A stretch of DNA of 48,520 nt, from NCBI GenBank assembly GCA_018398765.1, contig JAHBMJ010000406.1, forward strand, positions 1 to 48,520. Direction: 5' to 3'. Under the pieces are notes generated by a model that saw only the letters and a list, made by a program, of their open reading frames with translations, made no database searches and was not told where the DNA came from. Position numbers and translations under genes: made by a program. Shown piece after piece: positions 45,557 through 48,520 of the stretch. Source of the stretch: Chromera velia. Its lineage: Eukaryota. Each line of letters begins with the position of its first letter. Within the stretch, counting starts at the first letter, position 1.

Positions 45557-48347
45557 CACCAAAGCATTTCTTCCAAGATAAGCCAAGAAAGCCCTGCAAG
45601 TGCCTGGCGCCAAAGCTCAGCTGCAACCGCAGAATTGAGGAGAAAAACAAGAAGACAAATTTTGATAACAGTCCACCCTTCCAGATTGGCCAAACAGATT
45701 CACCACACTCACCACTGAGTTCACCAAAGGAAAGAGCGCAAAGAGGAGAGAACTCCTCAGAGCCCTCTCTCCTTCCCCACTGCCCTTTCTTCGTTTCCGT
45801 CTTCCCTCCTCAGAAAATTCCAAAGCTTCGTGGTCCATGAAAGCGAGAAACAAAATGCTCACTGCCACGCAAGACAGAACACCCAGGATCCCCCACACAA
45901 ACGCGACCTGCAGAAAAAAAAATCAACATCGTCAGTGCCGCGTGGATTTCCAGCTTGCATTTTGTTTGCAAACGCACGCAAGCACACAAGACGCAACACC
46001 GAAGCGCTTCCCCCCCCCCCCCNNNNNNNNNNNNNNNNNNNNNNNNNNNNNNNNNNNNNNNNNNNNNNNNNNNNNNNNNNNNNNNNNNNNNNNNNNNNNN
46101 NNNNNNNNNNNNNNNNNNNNNCCCTCCCCCCTGCCCAAGAAAACACAGTCTGAAAATCGCCAAAAAACAAAAGAAATATCTCGCCCGGAACAAATGCAGT
46201 GCCCCTTTCCTGTCGATTCACAGCCTCATCCTGATCCGTCCACCCTCTATAATCGTCAACAGCTGATCACATACACCACTCCACCACAGTCCCACTTGAC
46301 TGACCGCCTCCCTCCTTCCCCCCTCCCCTGCGACTCCCCTCAGGCCTGCGCATCCAGAAGGATCCACAGACAAACCCCCAAACTCCAACCCCCCCTCCGT
46401 TCCCTCAAAGACCAAAGCCAAGGGCGCTATCAGATCTGCAACCTGTGCCTGCATATACCCATACAGACGACAGTATGGAGAATCCTGAAACGCATCCCCA
46501 ATTGACAAATACCCCCGAGTAGAAACAGACACAGACAGACCGAGATACACAAGTAAAAGAAAAAGGTAGAGCAAAAGAAAGAAAAGAGAGGACCACCACC
46601 GATCCAACAAAGGATGAACGACAGACAGGCAGGCAGGCAGGCAGATGAGCAGAGAGCCAACCCGACCGACCGACCGACTTGTGTGGCGATGAGAAAAGGA
46701 ACCATTCCGGCCATCACCAGGAGGCCCACAGCAGAGACAGACGCCAAGAGACCCCTGATAGAGCCCAAAAACCGATTTTTCACAATCTACGCCCGCGCAC
46801 ACAGACATACACAGAGAGGGGAGGAGAGAGAGAGAGAGTATCAAGAGCGGAGGCACAGTCAACAAAGTAAAAAAGGGAAGTCGGGCAAAGGGGGGGCAGA
46901 GGATTCAATTCAGCTGCAAAATTCACACTGGGAAGGAGGTGGTTTTGCTTGCAAGCAACAGAATCAGAAAAAAGAGGGTGAAGAAAAGAGCTTAATTGGG
47001 CGCCGTACATGAAGAGGAACCCGATCAGGCGCTGTCAAAGCACCAAATAAATATATGGAGTTTCCGTCTCTTCCGTCCCCCCCCCCCNNNNNNNNNNNNN
47101 NNNNNNNNNNNNNNNNNNNNNNNNNNNNNNNNNNNNNNNNNNNNNNNNNNNNNNNNNNNNNNNNNNNNNNNNNNNNNNNNNNNNNNNNNNNNNNNNNNNN
47201 NNNNNNNNNNNNNNNNNNNNNNNNNNNNNNNNNNNNNNNNNNNNNNNNNNNNNNNNNNNNNNNNNNNNNNNNNNNNNNNNNNNNNNNNNNNNNNNNNNNN
47301 NNNNNNNNNNNNNNNNNNNNNNNNNNNNNNNNNNNNNNNNNNNNNNNNNNNNNNNNNNNNNNNNNNNNNNNNNNNNNNNNNNNNNNNNNNNNNNNNNNCC
47401 CCCCCGCCCCTTCGACCATAGGCACGCACACGCCCCTTTCCCCTCCCCAACACACGCAAAGCAGGAGGAGGAAAGAACAGTATGCATGCTGACTGACGAA
47501 AGCGACCAAAGGAATTTGCATGGCGAAGACAGGGTAGAGGTAAGTCCCTGCATAGAGGCACAGCAATTGATAAGGAAAGGTATGTGACTTCTCGTTTCTC
47601 ATAATGCGACGTCCCACTCGCTCTGCCTGTGTACAGACATGCGCGTCTGCAGCCAGAAGGAGGCGGCTTGCTTGCCTGCGCAGGAAGGGGAAAGCAATCT
47701 TGTGGGTACATCTTTCTGCTCTTGTTGCCAGCATGCTTCTGTTCTTCTGTGCGCTTCACAAACAAGACCAGGGACTGTACGCACACAGCCCAGTTGTATG
47801 TTCCCAACTAGATTTCCCCCCCCATGCAGGGAGGGAGGGACTCACCAGACGACACGTGTCTGTCTGCCTTCGTAAAGAAGTAGAAGTTGAACGAGTGATG
47901 CAGAGACTGAAACAAATTGGACAGTGCTCGCAGCGCCCCCTCCAGAGATCTGCAGTAGGCCATCGAAGAGATGCAATAAGGAAAGTCAACACACAGACAG
48001 CCAGTCAGTCAGTCAGTCAGTCATACAGGGAGGAAAGCAAGCGCGGATCAGACAGAGTGAGGCAGAAACGACAAGGTTCACCCAAGTATGCATAGCGGTC
48101 TCGACACGAAGCGAATGATCTGGCAAGAAAGAGACCGCTCCACCTGATCACACAGAGGAGAGCTGCCTCTTGTCATACGCAACGGAGAATCGGAAGAAGG
48201 GCAATTGAAAGTAAAAAAAAAAGGCTGGACAGAGAGAGCCCCCTTAACTGCCCGGGATTCACGCACCTTGCGACTTGAAGGATTTCAGTTTTGGAGGACA
48301 CGTGGTCTTTGTGGGTGAGAACGACGGTGTAGGAAGGAATCATGGCC
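44174..48347 (-). CDS. GAA1: GPI transamidase component GAA1/GPAA1, 3' exons (5' part beyond the window; assembly gaps inside)
   Basis: Exons 48347-48267, 47949-47846 and 47547-47498 splice to VARSLEGALRALSNLFQSLHHSFNFYFFTKADRHVSSGTYLYP, like GAA1 LEG.FR.LNNL.E.LHQSFFFY...FVSIG.Y. Later LFNWAMSVFLTLLLVP resembles NFSLG..L...VP. Several TM segments; C-terminal KRKAE* fits a KxKxx ER retrieval signal. Middle exon boundaries were not all resolved. Confidence 0.8.

Positions 48348-48520
<173 letters not shown>

Overview
Eukaryotic genomic window with spliceosomal GT-AG introns, microsatellite-rich introns and TGCATG(CA) clusters at gene starts. The style suggests an alveolate, probably a chromerid such as Chromera (inference). 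In order: the 3' half of a Penelope-like retroelement RT of Naiad/Chlamys type (1-1516); the 3' exons of a SCOC/DUF2205-like gene; a chimeric MAPK pseudo-exon; a degenerate RING/TRAF-zinc-finger gene; about 13 kb with no recognisable protein-coding gene (10.2-22.9 kb); an intronless sterol desaturase/fatty-acid hydroxylase gene; a MAPK-like gene with an in-frame TAG; a small-exon hypothetical gene; an 842-bp non-autonomous hAT element with an 8-bp TSD; a 10-exon FMN-binding glutamate-synthase-family gene; an At4g15545-like coiled-coil gene; and the 3' part of GAA1. The most striking signal is the 13-kb block. It holds about 13 recognisable and about 6 more divergent same-strand units. Each is a long predicted RNA hairpin with a conserved basal helix (CTGGA-GCAC-N-CCGGTT...GACCGG-GTGC) and a variable but still pairing top, often followed by a second GCTG...CAGC hairpin. 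It is a candidate array of an unrecognised structured ncRNA family. All folding and splicing was done by eye.
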